Shown here in pieces: positions 1-9,004 of a stretch of 32,000 nucleotides of DNA; the stretch's first letter is position 1, and the number at the start of each line of letters is the position of its first letter. Below the pieces are notes generated by a model. The model worked only from the letters and a program-made list of their open reading frames with translations, was not told the origin of the DNA and made no database searches. This DNA is from Hyperthermus butylicus DSM 5456 (GTDB taxonomy: Archaea > Thermoproteota > Thermoprotei_A > Sulfolobales > Pyrodictiaceae), in contig NC_008818.1 of assembly GCF_000015145.1 (NCBI RefSeq), positions 1,530,001 to 1,562,000 of the forward strand. The letters run 5' to 3'. The position numbers and the translations under genes were made by a program.

Positions 1-266
1 TCGCCGGAAACCCGTAGCCTGCCACGCCTCACAAGGCTCCAGTAAATGGGGAGTGTCAGCACTGGATGCAGACGCGCCATGTCCCCGGCCCCTAAAACAT
101 CGGACACGCAAGACGGGGTATCTGGTTTACTAGCTTGTCTAGCCTGCTCTCCTCTTAGCCCAATCATCTGCCCTAGACTGGCACCTTCTCTAAAATACTC
201 GTCCCGGCAGGACGGATCCTGAAGCCATACTCCATCCCACGGAGCGACCCAGCTCAGCCTAAACAT
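1..266 (-). CDS. Partial hypothetical protein running off the left edge
   Basis: Not in the ORF track. My reverse-strand reading from ATG at 266..264 gives an uninterrupted 88 codons to the edge: MFRLSWVAPWDGVWLQDPSCRDEYFREGASLGQMIGLRGEQARQASKPDTPSCVSDVLGAGDMARLHPVLTLPIYWSLVRRGRLRVSG. An internal ATG at 80..78 is an alternative start. Confidence 0.45.
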   Translation of the reverse strand, partial: MFRLSWVAPWDGVWLQDPSCRDEYFREGASLGQMIGLRGEQARQASKPDTPSCVSDVLGAGDMARLHPVLTLPIYWSLVRRGRLRVSG

Positions 267-379
267 CCTCGTCGATTGATACTTTGTAGACGTAATACTC
301 TCGCCAACGTGGCAGACTCAATAGCCTACCTATTATGGCCGCCGAGTGTAATGCCCAGCACTGATAGCATTGGATGCAT

Positions 380-1102
380 TCAAGCACAGCGGAATGGTAT
401 AGTGCCGCTAAACATTATCCTCAATTTGTCGCCAGCTCTTTCAGCGCTAAATCTGAGCCCACGCACCGCAACCCCAGCCTCTAGGGCGATGCATAGGCTA
501 CGGGCTAGCAGGGGGTCTGCACGGCCATTCGGAGCTATAGCCTCCACGTCGCCCCTCAGTGCAAGAATTGCCAGCTCAGCCTCAAAGCCTTGGAGCCGTA
601 GCATCCGGAGAGTCTCGACATGTTTTAGCCCGCGTTTGCTAGGAGCGTCAGGCCAGAGGGCTATGGGGCCAACAGCATAGTTTGTAGCTTTTACCTCTAC
701 GATCCTAACGGAGTTGCCGACGGATACTATGAAGTCGAACCTGGAGCCGAGAATCTGCCTTTCCCTCTCATAGCTGGCACCACCATAGATTAGCGGTATA
801 ACTTTCTCGAACAGCTTGTTCGGCAGCCTTGTGTCCTCGAGTACTAGCATGTCATTATCGTAGAAGGCTACGAGGTCGCAGCTCGTCCTTCGGCCTGGCC
901 TCCAAGCTCGCTTGTAGAGCACACGCGTCCCAGGACGTAATGCCGGGATCCTACCCGGATCATGTATGTGGCATGTGAACTCTCTTCCCGCAGCTTCTAG
1001 CACAGCTGTAAACCTGTTGGGCCTGGCTAGCAGGGTGGCCTCCTCTACACCGCTAATCTCCAGAACCAGCCTGCTCGTTGATGAGGCGTTGGAGCTTCTC
1101 AT
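380..1102 (-). CDS. sfsA: SfsA family protein (sugar fermentation stimulation protein homologue)
   Basis: 240-aa ORF with SfsA-like features: N-terminal OB-like 'FTCHIHDPGRIPALRPGTRVL' and 'FDFIVSVGNSVRIVEVKATNYAVGPIALWPDAPSKRGLKHVETL'. Confidence 0.88.
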   Translation of the reverse strand: MRSSNASSTSRLVLEISGVEEATLLARPNRFTAVLEAAGREFTCHIHDPGRIPALRPGTRVLYKRAWRPGRRTSCDLVAFYDNDMLVLEDTRLPNKLFEKVIPLIYGGASYERERQILGSRFDFIVSVGNSVRIVEVKATNYAVGPIALWPDAPSKRGLKHVETLRMLRLQGFEAELAILALRGDVEAIAPNGRADPLLARSLCIALEAGVAVRGLRFSAERAGDKLRIMFSGTIPFRCA

Positions 1103-1919
1103 ACTCGCCCCTCTTCATCCCCCAGTACATGCCTTCGCCGGGGAACCTGCCATTGCGTACATCCGAGGCATACTCGCTGACGGCTCTCCGAATAATTGCG
1201 GCAAGGTCAACATATTTCTTGGCGAACGGTGGCGGGGTCGGGGTTAGGCCGAGGAGATCATGGATTACCAGTACCTGGCCGTCACAGTAGGGACCACTAC
1301 CGATACATATAGTTGGTATTGAGAGTTTCCTCGTTATCTCCCTCGCTACTTCCCACGCCGTAAACTCTATGACTACAGCAAAGGCGCCAGCCTCCTCTGC
1401 ACCTATAGCCTCCCGGATAACCTCCATGGCTTCGCTGGCCGTTTTGCCTGCCAGGCGGTAGCCACCGAGCAGCTTGTAGCGTTGCGGGGTAAGCCCCACA
1501 TGGGCCACGACTGGTATACCCGCCCTCACCAATGCTCTTATGGTGTCGCTGTAGCTGGCCCCGCCCTCTATCTTCACTGCATCAGCCCCGGCTGCAATTA
1601 GCCTGCCAGCATTCAGTACCGCGTCCCGGGTTGAGGCCTCGTAGCTCATAAACGGCATATCGGCGACGATTAGGGCTCGGGGCTGGGCTCTTGCAACAGC
1701 TGCTGTATGCCTCTCCATGTCCTCAAGGGTGACCTGGTGAGTAGAAGGGAGACCTAGAACAACCATGCCGAGAGAGTCTCCCACAAGAATCATATCTACG
1801 CCGGCTTCGTCGACGAGCTTTGCTGTTATGTAGTCGTAAGCCGTAACCATTACTATGCGCTCTCCGCGCTGCTTAGCACGAACTATATCTCGCACGGTAA
1901 CCTTCTCCCGGCCAGCCAT
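1053..1919 (-). CDS. panB: 3-methyl-2-oxobutanoate hydroxymethyltransferase (PanB)
   Basis: 'RIVMVTAYDYITAKLVDEAGVDMILVGDSLGMVVLGLPSTHQVTLEDMERHTAAVAR...ADMPFMSY...KIEGG...HVGLTPQ' is canonical PanB. The track ORF extends to 1985; ATG at 1919 fits the conserved N-terminus better. Confidence 0.93.
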   Translation of the reverse strand: MAGREKVTVRDIVRAKQRGERIVMVTAYDYITAKLVDEAGVDMILVGDSLGMVVLGLPSTHQVTLEDMERHTAAVARAQPRALIVADMPFMSYEASTRDAVLNAGRLIAAGADAVKIEGGASYSDTIRALVRAGIPVVAHVGLTPQRYKLLGGYRLAGKTASEAMEVIREAIGAEEAGAFAVVIEFTAWEVAREITRKLSIPTICIGSGPYCDGQVLVIHDLLGLTPTPPPFAKKYVDLAAIIRRAVSEYASDVRNGRFPGEGMYWGMKRGEYEKLQRLINEQAGSGD

Positions 1920-2827
1920 CGCTCTAGCAACCTCACAGCTCTCCACATAGCTTCGTTGAATGGTGCCCTTAGCCCGAGCCTCCAAGCCTCACGGGCTACC
2001 GAGCCATTGATATAGTCTACCTCGCTACGTCCCCTCCTCGCCACGTCCTGGAGCATTGAGGAGCAGTTGTCTCCCGTAGCCCTAGCCACCCGGAAAACCT
2101 CCTCGACGGGATCACCCGGTAGCTCGACTCCCCGCCTCCAAGCTACTAGGGCAACCTCGCGGGCCAGCTGTGCTGCTAGCTTCCCCGCATCGGGGTTCTC
2201 CAGGATGACCTTGTTTCTCGACCAGGCTAGCACAGTCACCGGGTTTATCGCCGCATTGACAGCCAGCTTTAGCCAGCGATAAGGCTCCACGTCGCCCACA
2301 TGGCTCGAGGGGAGGCCCCCCGCCGTCAGTGCCTCTGCAAGCTGGTGGGACCAGAAGCTGCAGCTACCACCGCGCGCCCAGCAACCCAGCAGCAGCCCTC
2401 CCCTCCCGAGGAGCCTGGCGCGGCACGGTGCAACGCCTACAGCTCCAAAGTAGACCACGCCGCCTATAGCGCGGTCTACACCGTAGGTTTTTGAGAGGAG
2501 TTCGAGGCTGCCCAAACCGTTCTGGAGAGAGACCACCGCCTCGGGGTTCCAGCCTGCCTGGAGAGAATCCTCCACAGCACTTGTCAAATCGTACGCCTTA
2601 ACAGCGTAGACTACGAGCCTCGGGCGGAGCCTCGCTGCACCCGTCCATCCGCAAACGAGCAGCTCGCCGAAGCCCAACCCCTCGACGAGAACCATATCCC
2701 AGCGGCACCCGTCAGTGCCGCTCCTCGTAACCGCTGCCACCTGCACACCCGCCCTCGCCAAGGCCAGAGCTACCGTGCTCCCAACAGCCCCGCAACCCAC
2801 AACAACCACATCTATGTTGAGGGACAC
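1883..2827 (-). CDS. Ketopantoate reductase (PanE/ApbA family)
   Basis: N-terminal Rossmann 'VVVVGCGAVGSTVALALARAG', 'VVSLQNGLGSLELL', 'KLAVNAAINPVTVLA...N' typical of PanE. Directly upstream of panB and overlapping its start. Confidence 0.87.
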   Translation of the reverse strand: MSLNIDVVVVGCGAVGSTVALALARAGVQVAAVTRSGTDGCRWDMVLVEGLGFGELLVCGWTGAARLRPRLVVYAVKAYDLTSAVEDSLQAGWNPEAVVSLQNGLGSLELLSKTYGVDRAIGGVVYFGAVGVAPCRARLLGRGGLLLGCWARGGSCSFWSHQLAEALTAGGLPSSHVGDVEPYRWLKLAVNAAINPVTVLAWSRNKVILENPDAGKLAAQLAREVALVAWRRGVELPGDPVEEVFRVARATGDNCSSMLQDVARRGRSEVDYINGSVAREAWRLGLRAPFNEAMWRAVRLLERWLAGRRLPCEI

Positions 2828-2936
2828 AGTCTAGCGCCACCCCAGCCCCAAGCAACCCGGCATGGAAGAGAAAAAGAAGCAGGGAATGAGGAATCATGAC
2901 ACAAGTCTTGTTGAATGCCTTCGGATCAGATAGGGC

Positions 2937-3188
2937 TTACCCTGCATGCTCTAACGTGTCCGCAGCTTGCTCGAGTAGACTCCACTCCAGACAACCCCGT
3001 GAACGTATAACGTCTGCAGCTACGCGGAGCAGCTCTGCAGCCTGCTCCAAGACCGTCTCGTCGCCGCCATAGGAGAGGTATTCCTCGATTATTAGTAGGG
3101 CTTCGTCTAGCTCTGGCGTAGTACCGCAGGACACTTGAACCGCCTTAGCCATCGAGTACGCTTCATAGATCATCCTCGCGTAGGCCAT
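2937..3188 (-). CDS. Small helical hypothetical protein (83 aa)
   Basis: Complete ORF with coding-like helical composition; same strand as neighbours. Confidence 0.55.
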   Translation of the reverse strand: MAYARMIYEAYSMAKAVQVSCGTTPELDEALLIIEEYLSYGGDETVLEQAAELLRVAADVIRSRGCLEWSLLEQAADTLEHAG

Positions 3189-3209
3189 GCTGAATCACAT
3201 CCCCGCGCC

Positions 3210-3800
3210 CTAGGCTATGAACCCATCGTAGTCAGCGTCGAAACCCGCATCAACATCTACGCCCGTGTCTCCGCCCTCGTAGTCGCCATATTCACCGCCC
3301 TCATAGTCCTCGTATCCCTCAACACCGACATGCTCTTCGTGGTCCTGCTCTTCGCTGGAGAGAAGCTGCGATAACAACACGGCTTCTCCAAGGCCTATGA
3401 GGCCTAGTGTCTGCAACATGGGCAACACAAACAAGAGATCCATCAATGCTAGACCTGGCGCTAGGTAGCCGGTACGGCTTGCCGGCTGGAGCACTGCTTC
3501 GGAGCTGTGCACCTCGGAGAGCTGGCTTGCAATCCTCCTTGCAGCCTCTGCTGCATGTTCTAGTAAGCGCATAGCCTCGGGGACCGCATTGAGACCATGC
3601 TCTGTTAGCCTGATCCTCCTCCTCTTGATTATAAAACCTGTAGTATATTCTTCAACGAGCCCCCGGCTCTTCAGCTTCTCAATGATGGATTCTACTGTCT
3701 CGCGGCTGGTGTTGAGCAGTCTGGCTATCGATTCTACAGTGTCGAAGCCTCGGTGCACAGCTAGGAGTACTGCTGCCTCAGCTGCTGTTAGACCCTCCAC
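3210..3800 (-). CDS. Winged-helix DNA-binding protein with a hydrophobic segment and an acidic Gly/Tyr/Asp/Glu-rich C-terminus
   Basis: 'TAAEAAVLLAVHRGFDTVESIARLLNTSRETVESIIEKLKSRGLVEEY...RIRLTEHGLNAV' is a wHTH pattern. It is followed by hydrophobic 'YLAPGLALMDLLFVLPMLQTLGLIGLG' and 'EGYEDYEGGEYGDYEGGDTGVDVDAGFDADYDGF'. Confidence 0.75.
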   Translation of the reverse strand: MEGLTAAEAAVLLAVHRGFDTVESIARLLNTSRETVESIIEKLKSRGLVEEYTTGFIIKRRRIRLTEHGLNAVPEAMRLLEHAAEAARRIASQLSEVHSSEAVLQPASRTGYLAPGLALMDLLFVLPMLQTLGLIGLGEAVLLSQLLSSEEQDHEEHVGVEGYEDYEGGEYGDYEGGDTGVDVDAGFDADYDGFIA

Positions 3801-4329
3801 TCTCTACTCCTCCCCCAAGCTTTTCACGAAGAAACTCGAGTATCAGCTTATACCGCTTCATCCTGTGTCTCGGTTTAACCCTAACGTTATGGCCGTACCT
3901 CCCGGAAGCAGCCAGGCAGCTCTCCTTGCTGTGATGCCCCGGTGCTACGTGGAACACCACTGACCGGTCCACGAAGCAGTGGTAATCCTCCATGCCGTGG
4001 ATTATGGGGGACAAGCGTCTGGACCCGGCCCATATAGTTTACCGGGTCTTGCCCCTCACAATCCTCCCTATCACGCCATGACGCGCCACGTATCTGGTCG
4101 GGGTCGAACCAGTAGCCGACATTAGCCGACTCGCTCGCGTCGAAGCCGACCTCCAATCGCTAACACCATGGCCAGGCAACCCGAGGCTTGGGGAACCAGC
4201 CAGCTAGGGGTAGCTCTCCACATTTTTCTCGGCGATAGTCGAATAGTACTCTAGGCAGTTGTTGTAGAGGGAGGCTTCTTTTAGCTATGCAGCTGCCTCG
4301 TACCCGAGCAACTGGCAGCGTGAAGCGGC

Positions 4330-5385
4330 ATGCCGCGTGGAAGCGGCATAGTTGGCTGGGGCGGCTACGTGCCCCGTTACAGGATCAAGGCTGCGGAGAT
4401 TGTAAGGGTTTGGGGCTGGGAGCCTAGCGTTCCCGCAGGGCTCGGGGTGAAGGAGAAGGCTGTGGAGAATGTTGACGAGGATTCAGTCACAATGGGTTAT
4501 GAGGCTGCGCGGAACGCAATAGCACGAGCCAACGTAGACCCCAGGGAGATAAAGGCCGTGTTCTTCGGCACCGAGTCCAAGCCATACGCTGTCAAGCCCT
4601 CTGCCACAATTATCGCCGAGGCTCTCGGTATAACACCAGAGACCATGGCGTCGGACCTGGAGTTTGCATGCCGCGCTGCCAGCGAGGGGCTCCGAGCGAG
4701 CCTTGCACTAGTAGAGGCTGGCTACATGAAGTACGCACTGGTAGTAGCTTCCGATACTGCGCAAGCAAACCCGGGCGACGTGCTAGAATTTACTGCTGCC
4801 AGCGGCGCAGCAGCCTTTGTTGTCGGCCCTGCATCGGAAAGCGTTGCCGTGCTCGAAGGGGTCTACACCTACGTCACTGACACACCGGACTTCTGGAGGG
4901 GCCAGCACAGCCGCTACCCAATGCACGGCGAGGCATTCACCGGCGAGCCAGCATACTTCCACCACATAGAGAGCGCAGTCAAGGGCTTAATGGAGAAGCT
5001 CGGGCTAAAACCCGAGGACTTTGACTACGCCGTCTTCCATCAGCCTAACGGTAAGTTCCCCCTAAGGGTTGGAGCAAGACTCGGCTTCCCCAAGGAGAAG
5101 ATTCTGCCAGGCCTCCTCACACCAATAATCGGCAACACATACAATGCCAGTGCCCTACTAGGCTTCGCAAGGATACTCGATCAGGCAAAGCCTGGCCAGC
5201 GAATACTCGTAGCACCATTCGGCAGTGGCGCGGGTAGCGACGCATATAGCTTCATCGTAACCGATCGCATCGAGGAGGCTAGGAATCGTGCACCAAAGGT
5301 TGACGACTACGTGAACTGGAAGCGCTATATAGACTATGCTATGCACGCACGCATGCGCAAGCTCTATGACAGAAGACCCGTCTAG
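4330..5385 (+). CDS. Hydroxymethylglutaryl-CoA synthase (archaeal type)
   Basis: '[15 protein letters not shown]', catalytic Cys region '[23 protein letters not shown]', '[11 protein letters not shown]', '[17 protein letters not shown]'. Confidence 0.95.
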   Translation: MPRGSGIVGWGGYVPRYRIKAAEIVRVWGWEPSVPAGLGVKEKAVENVDEDSVTMGYEAARNAIARANVDPREIKAVFFGTESKPYAVKPSATIIAEALGITPETMASDLEFACRAASEGLRASLALVEAGYMKYALVVASDTAQANPGDVLEFTAASGAAAFVVGPASESVAVLEGVYTYVTDTPDFWRGQHSRYPMHGEAFTGEPAYFHHIESAVKGLMEKLGLKPEDFDYAVFHQPNGKFPLRVGARLGFPKEKILPGLLTPIIGNTYNASALLGFARILDQAKPGQRILVAPFGSGAGSDAYSFIVTDRIEEARNRAPKVDDYVNWKRYIDYAMHARMRKLYDRRPV

Positions 5386-5404
5386 TCGTGGCGGGGTGAT
5401 GATT

Positions 5405-6559
5405 ATGCCTCGAGTCTACGTAGCCGGAGTCGGGATGACAAAGATCGACCGTCACTACGACAAGGGTATCCTGGACCTAGCAGCCGAGGCCGCCTTTAGA
5501 GCCATAGACGACGCAGGAATCAAACCCGATGCTGTGATTGTTACGAGCATGCTTGCGAGCAAGCTACAGGAGCAGGACAATCTTGGCGCCTACGTAGCTG
5601 CTGGACTGGGGCTGCGCTACAGACCCGCACTACATGTTGAAGCTGCCTGCGGCAGCGGAGGCGCTGGCGTTTACACGGGGTTTGCCTTGATACGTTCGGG
5701 GCTCGTAGATTCTGTGCTGGTTGTTGGCGTTGAGAAGATGACTGATTACCCGACAGCCATTGTCACCGCTGGCTTGGCGCAGGCTGCCGACGCAGAGTAC
5801 GAACTCTATTACGGGGCCACGTTTACCGGACTCAACGCACTCATGATGAGGTATTATATGGAGAAGTACGGGGTTACAAGGGACGAGATGAGCGAGTGGC
5901 CAGTAATGATGCACGAGAACGCCCTCAGCAACCCATACGCACAGATAAGGAGGAGGATAACGAGGGAGGACGTGGCTCGCAGCCAGGTGATAGCTGATCC
6001 GATAAGACTGCTTGACAGCAGCCCCATAGGTGATGGCGCTGCAGCCGTCCTACTAGTCTCGGAGGATGCCGCGAAGAGGCTGCCCGAGAAACCCATCGTC
6101 GAGATAGCCGGTGCTGGACTGGCCGTGGACACCGTGGAGCTTAGCAATAGGGAGATTCTCGACGGCATGCCTGCCGCTAGGAAGGCTGCCGAGCAGGCTT
6201 ACCGTATGGCAGGGGTGGAGCCAAGCAAGATAGACGTCATGGAGATCCATGACGCGTTCACGATAAACGCGATACTGCTATTGGAGGAGCTAGGCTTTGC
6301 GGAGAAGGGCAGGGCGGCTAAGCTAGTAGCTGAGGGCCGCTTCCACCCAGGCGATAGGCCGACGGCAAACCCGAGCGGAGGCCTCAAGGCCCGCGGCCAC
6401 CCAGTAGGCGCAACCGGTGTCTACCAGGTAGCAGAGGTGACGATGCAGCTGCGCGGCGACTTCCCCGGCGTAAAGGTCGATGGCGCCGAGGTAGGCTTAG
6501 CAGTTAACGTTGGTGGCGACGGCTCGACGGTTTCAGCCCTAGTCCTCAGACGCGCCTAG
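5405..6559 (+). CDS. Thiolase family protein (acetyl-CoA C-acetyltransferase)
   Basis: 'VEAACGSGGAGVYTGFALIRSG', 'EIHDAFTINAILLLEELG', 'NPSGGLKARGHPVGATGVYQVAEV'. The track start at 5336 overlaps the HMG-CoA synthase; ATG 5399 or 5405 is more likely. Confidence 0.93.
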   Translation: MPRVYVAGVGMTKIDRHYDKGILDLAAEAAFRAIDDAGIKPDAVIVTSMLASKLQEQDNLGAYVAAGLGLRYRPALHVEAACGSGGAGVYTGFALIRSGLVDSVLVVGVEKMTDYPTAIVTAGLAQAADAEYELYYGATFTGLNALMMRYYMEKYGVTRDEMSEWPVMMHENALSNPYAQIRRRITREDVARSQVIADPIRLLDSSPIGDGAAAVLLVSEDAAKRLPEKPIVEIAGAGLAVDTVELSNREILDGMPAARKAAEQAYRMAGVEPSKIDVMEIHDAFTINAILLLEELGFAEKGRAAKLVAEGRFHPGDRPTANPSGGLKARGHPVGATGVYQVAEVTMQLRGDFPGVKVDGAEVGLAVNVGGDGSTVSALVLRRA

Positions 6560-6587
6560 CCCATATCACTGTGAAGGGTGTATATCC

Positions 6588-7013
6588 ATGACCATAAGCA
6601 TGCACATATCCCCGGCTAGGATATGGCGTGAGCGAATCTACAGGTACAGACTTGTTGGCAGGAAGTGCCTCAAGTGCGGCCGTACACACTATCCACCAAG
6701 GCCAGCATGCCCTCACTGCGGCTCTCGCGACCTGAAAGAGGTTGAACTACCGAGGACCGGCGTACTGGAGACCTATACGGTGATATACACTGTTATGGAT
6801 GGGTTTAGAGAGAAGGCACCCCTAGTGATAGGCATAGTCAGGCTAGACGATGGCACCCGTGTGCTCGCACCGATAACAGATGTCGAGCCCTCCGAGGTTA
6901 AGACTGGCATGCGTGTCGAAGCGGTGCTAAGGAGGATAAGAAAAGACGGAGAGGACGGCTTGATAGGCTACGGTACTGCTTTCCGCCCAGTACTCTCCGC
7001 GAAAACCAGCTAG
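6588..7013 (+). CDS. DUF35-type zinc-ribbon/OB-fold protein
   Basis: Zinc ribbon 'CLKCGRTHYPPRPACPHCG' followed by an OB-like domain. Immediately downstream of thiolase, matching the known archaeal HMG-CoA synthase/thiolase/DUF35 arrangement. Confidence 0.9.
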   Translation: MTISMHISPARIWRERIYRYRLVGRKCLKCGRTHYPPRPACPHCGSRDLKEVELPRTGVLETYTVIYTVMDGFREKAPLVIGIVRLDDGTRVLAPITDVEPSEVKTGMRVEAVLRRIRKDGEDGLIGYGTAFRPVLSAKTS

Positions 7014-7056
7014 CAGCCACCATACCGTCTTGTTTTTACCTCTCCCAGGTCCCATC

Positions 7057-7350
7057 CTACCCCTCGCCTAGCAGTTCCTCGGCCTCCTTTGCGCCCTCCT
7101 CCAGCTCCCGCACCTGCTCCGGATCCAGCCTCCTAAGAAGCTCTAGAAGCTCGCCTACGTGAGTCTTCTCTTCGCGGGCTATCTCCTCGAATAGCTTTCT
7201 CGCCTTCTCGTCGCGGACACACCTAGCTATCTGGAGGTAGAGGTTTATTGCGTCGAGCTCACCGATTATTGCGAGCCTTACAGCTTCTGCTAGTGTGAGC
7301 TTGTCAAGACCGCCGTTACACTTGGCTAGAAGAGGGTGTTGCGAGAGCAT
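7057..7350 (-). CDS. Stand-alone ferritin-like protein related to the encapsulin-fused/encapsulated ferritin family
   Basis: From internal Met at 7350: 'MLSQHPLLAKCNGG...LAEAVRLAIIGELDAINLYLQIARCVRDEKARKLFEEIAREEKTHVGELLELLRRLDPEQVRELEEGAKEAEELLG'. The ExxAIxxY...EEKxHxGExxxLLxxxDP pattern is retained. Confidence 0.82.
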   Translation of the reverse strand: MLSQHPLLAKCNGGLDKLTLAEAVRLAIIGELDAINLYLQIARCVRDEKARKLFEEIAREEKTHVGELLELLRRLDPEQVRELEEGAKEAEELLGEG

Positions 7351-7396
7351 ACATGTACCCCTCCACACTACCAGTAAGGTAGGCCATGACTTTCCC

Positions 7397-7404
7397 TTTT
7401 ATAG
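7397..7404 (+). promoter_or_regulatory. Candidate archaeal TATA box for the HMG-CoA reductase gene
   Basis: 'ttttatag' about 31-38 nt upstream of the GTG start at 7435, in the divergent intergenic region. Position-only evidence. Confidence 0.35.
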
Positions 7405-7434
7405 TAGTCGGGGCTGCTCGTTCTGCATATCATT

Positions 7435-8793
7435 GTGCTGCGGGCCGGGGTACTGAATAACGCGGCCCGGGACTACGTTGCTGTCTGCGGGAGGTGTCTC
7501 GGGGGCTTGCAGGAGAGTGAACGCTCAAAGCTTGAAGAGGTTGTACGGGGGATTATCGAGGGCCGCATAAAGCTTCATGAAGCCGACAAGATTCTCGGCA
7601 ATGCCAATGCAGGTGCTCTTGCTCGGAGGCTTGCGCTTGAAAAGATGCTTGGCGTTAGCCTTTCAAGTATTGGGAGCACCATACTGGACTTCGAGGAGCT
7701 TGTTGGCAGGAACATCGAGAACCCGATTGGCGCGGTTCAGATCCCGGTCGGCATTGTTGGCCCGTTGAGGGTTAGGGGCGACTATGCTAACGGCGATTAC
7801 TACGTGCCAATGGCTACTACCGAGGGGGCCCTTGTTGCAAGCGTGAATCGTGGCGCTAAGGCGATAACTCTTAGCGGTGGTGCTAGGGCCAAGGTGCTCC
7901 GGGACGGCATGGCGAGGGCTCCCGTGTTCTGGACGCCCGGCATTGAGGAGGCTGCACGCTTCGTTGAATGGGTACGCGAGCACATGGACGAGGTTAGGAG
8001 GGAGGCAGAATCCACAACAAGGCATGGCAAGCTGTTGGAGGTTCAGCCCTTCATTACGGGTAACCTTGTCTGGCTGCGTTTCGTCTATGAGACCGGTGAC
8101 GCCATGGGAATGAACATGGCTACTATAGCTACTGACAAGGCTGCTGAATGGATACTGGCAAACTATCCGGGCACTGTCCGGCTCATAGCGCTCAGCGGTA
8201 ACATGTGTACGGACAAGAAGCCAGCACTGCTAAACATGCTCTTCGGTAGGGGGAAGACAGTTGTAGCCGAGGCGGTTATCAAAAGGGATGTCGCGCTAAA
8301 GGTTTTGAAGGCTCGGCCAGAGGAGATAGACTTCGTAAACCGTGTCAAGAACTTGCTTGGCACAGCCAGGGCTGGATCGTTCAGCCTCAACGCTCACTTC
8401 GCAAACATCATAGCAGCAATATTCATCGCGACCGGGCAGGACGTAGCACAGGTCGTCGAGAGCAGCATGGGCTACACGTGGACAGAGGTGCGTAACGGAG
8501 ACCTCTACATCTCGGTAACACTTCCAAGCCTAGAGGTGGGCACCGTCGGGGGAGGCACCCGGCTCCCCACACAGCGGGAAGCACTAGCCCTCATGGGTGT
8601 AGCAGGCGGCGGAGACCCGCCAGGGAGCAACGCCAGGAAGTTCGCCGAGATAGTAGCAGCAACAGTGCTTGCAGGCGAGCTAAACCTGCTAGCCGCGCTA
8701 GCCGCAAACGAGCTAGCCAGAGCTCACAAGCTACTAGGCAGGGGCGAAGCCAGAAAAGAGAAAAACACGGCAAACAGCAAACCCACCAATTAG
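7435..8793 (+). CDS. hmgA: Hydroxymethylglutaryl-CoA reductase
   Basis: '[17 protein letters not shown]', '[15 protein letters not shown]', 'GDAMGMNM', '[12 protein letters not shown]', '[22 protein letters not shown]', all HMG-CoA reductase motifs. Confidence 0.96.
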   Translation: MLRAGVLNNAARDYVAVCGRCLGGLQESERSKLEEVVRGIIEGRIKLHEADKILGNANAGALARRLALEKMLGVSLSSIGSTILDFEELVGRNIENPIGAVQIPVGIVGPLRVRGDYANGDYYVPMATTEGALVASVNRGAKAITLSGGARAKVLRDGMARAPVFWTPGIEEAARFVEWVREHMDEVRREAESTTRHGKLLEVQPFITGNLVWLRFVYETGDAMGMNMATIATDKAAEWILANYPGTVRLIALSGNMCTDKKPALLNMLFGRGKTVVAEAVIKRDVALKVLKARPEEIDFVNRVKNLLGTARAGSFSLNAHFANIIAAIFIATGQDVAQVVESSMGYTWTEVRNGDLYISVTLPSLEVGTVGGGTRLPTQREALALMGVAGGGDPPGSNARKFAEIVAATVLAGELNLLAALAANELARAHKLLGRGEARKEKNTANSKPTN

Positions 8794-8923
8794 CAAACAA
8801 CACCACACACAAGCAACAAGACACCAACAACAAGAAAAACCTACTAGCAGGCTCCTTTCTTAGTTCCATTCGCTCACTTATATATTTTGGTTAGATACCC
8901 CTACTTGCAGACCCAGAGCTCGA

Positions 8924-8946
8924 TTTTTTTTTTTTTTTAAAAAAAA
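8924..8946. repeat. Homopolymer tract T15 followed by A8
   Basis: Direct reading: 15 consecutive T (8924-8938) then 8 consecutive A (8939-8946). Confidence 0.9.
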
Positions 8947-9004
8947 CAATTAGAAAAAACAATGTTTAAATGGAAATAAGAATAAGAATGCAAGGTGAAC
9001 AAAC

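Noticed and set aside
276-680. 134-aa plus-strand ORF opposite sfsA
   Set aside because: It lies antisense to the well-supported SfsA coding frame and has Ser/Arg/Pro-rich shadow-ORF composition.
4100-4130. 'ggtcggggtcgaaccagtagccgac', which superficially resembles a tRNA T-loop on the minus strand
   Set aside because: No T-arm stem pairing, anticodon arm or acceptor stem could be assembled around it.
3589-4156. ORFs 3589..3963 (+), 3778..4014 (-) and 3887..4156 (-) near the mvaS upstream region
   Set aside because: They overlap each other, or the winged-helix gene, in different frames. Compositions are non-committal and there is no motif. 3887..4156 (-) is the only one worth a homology search.
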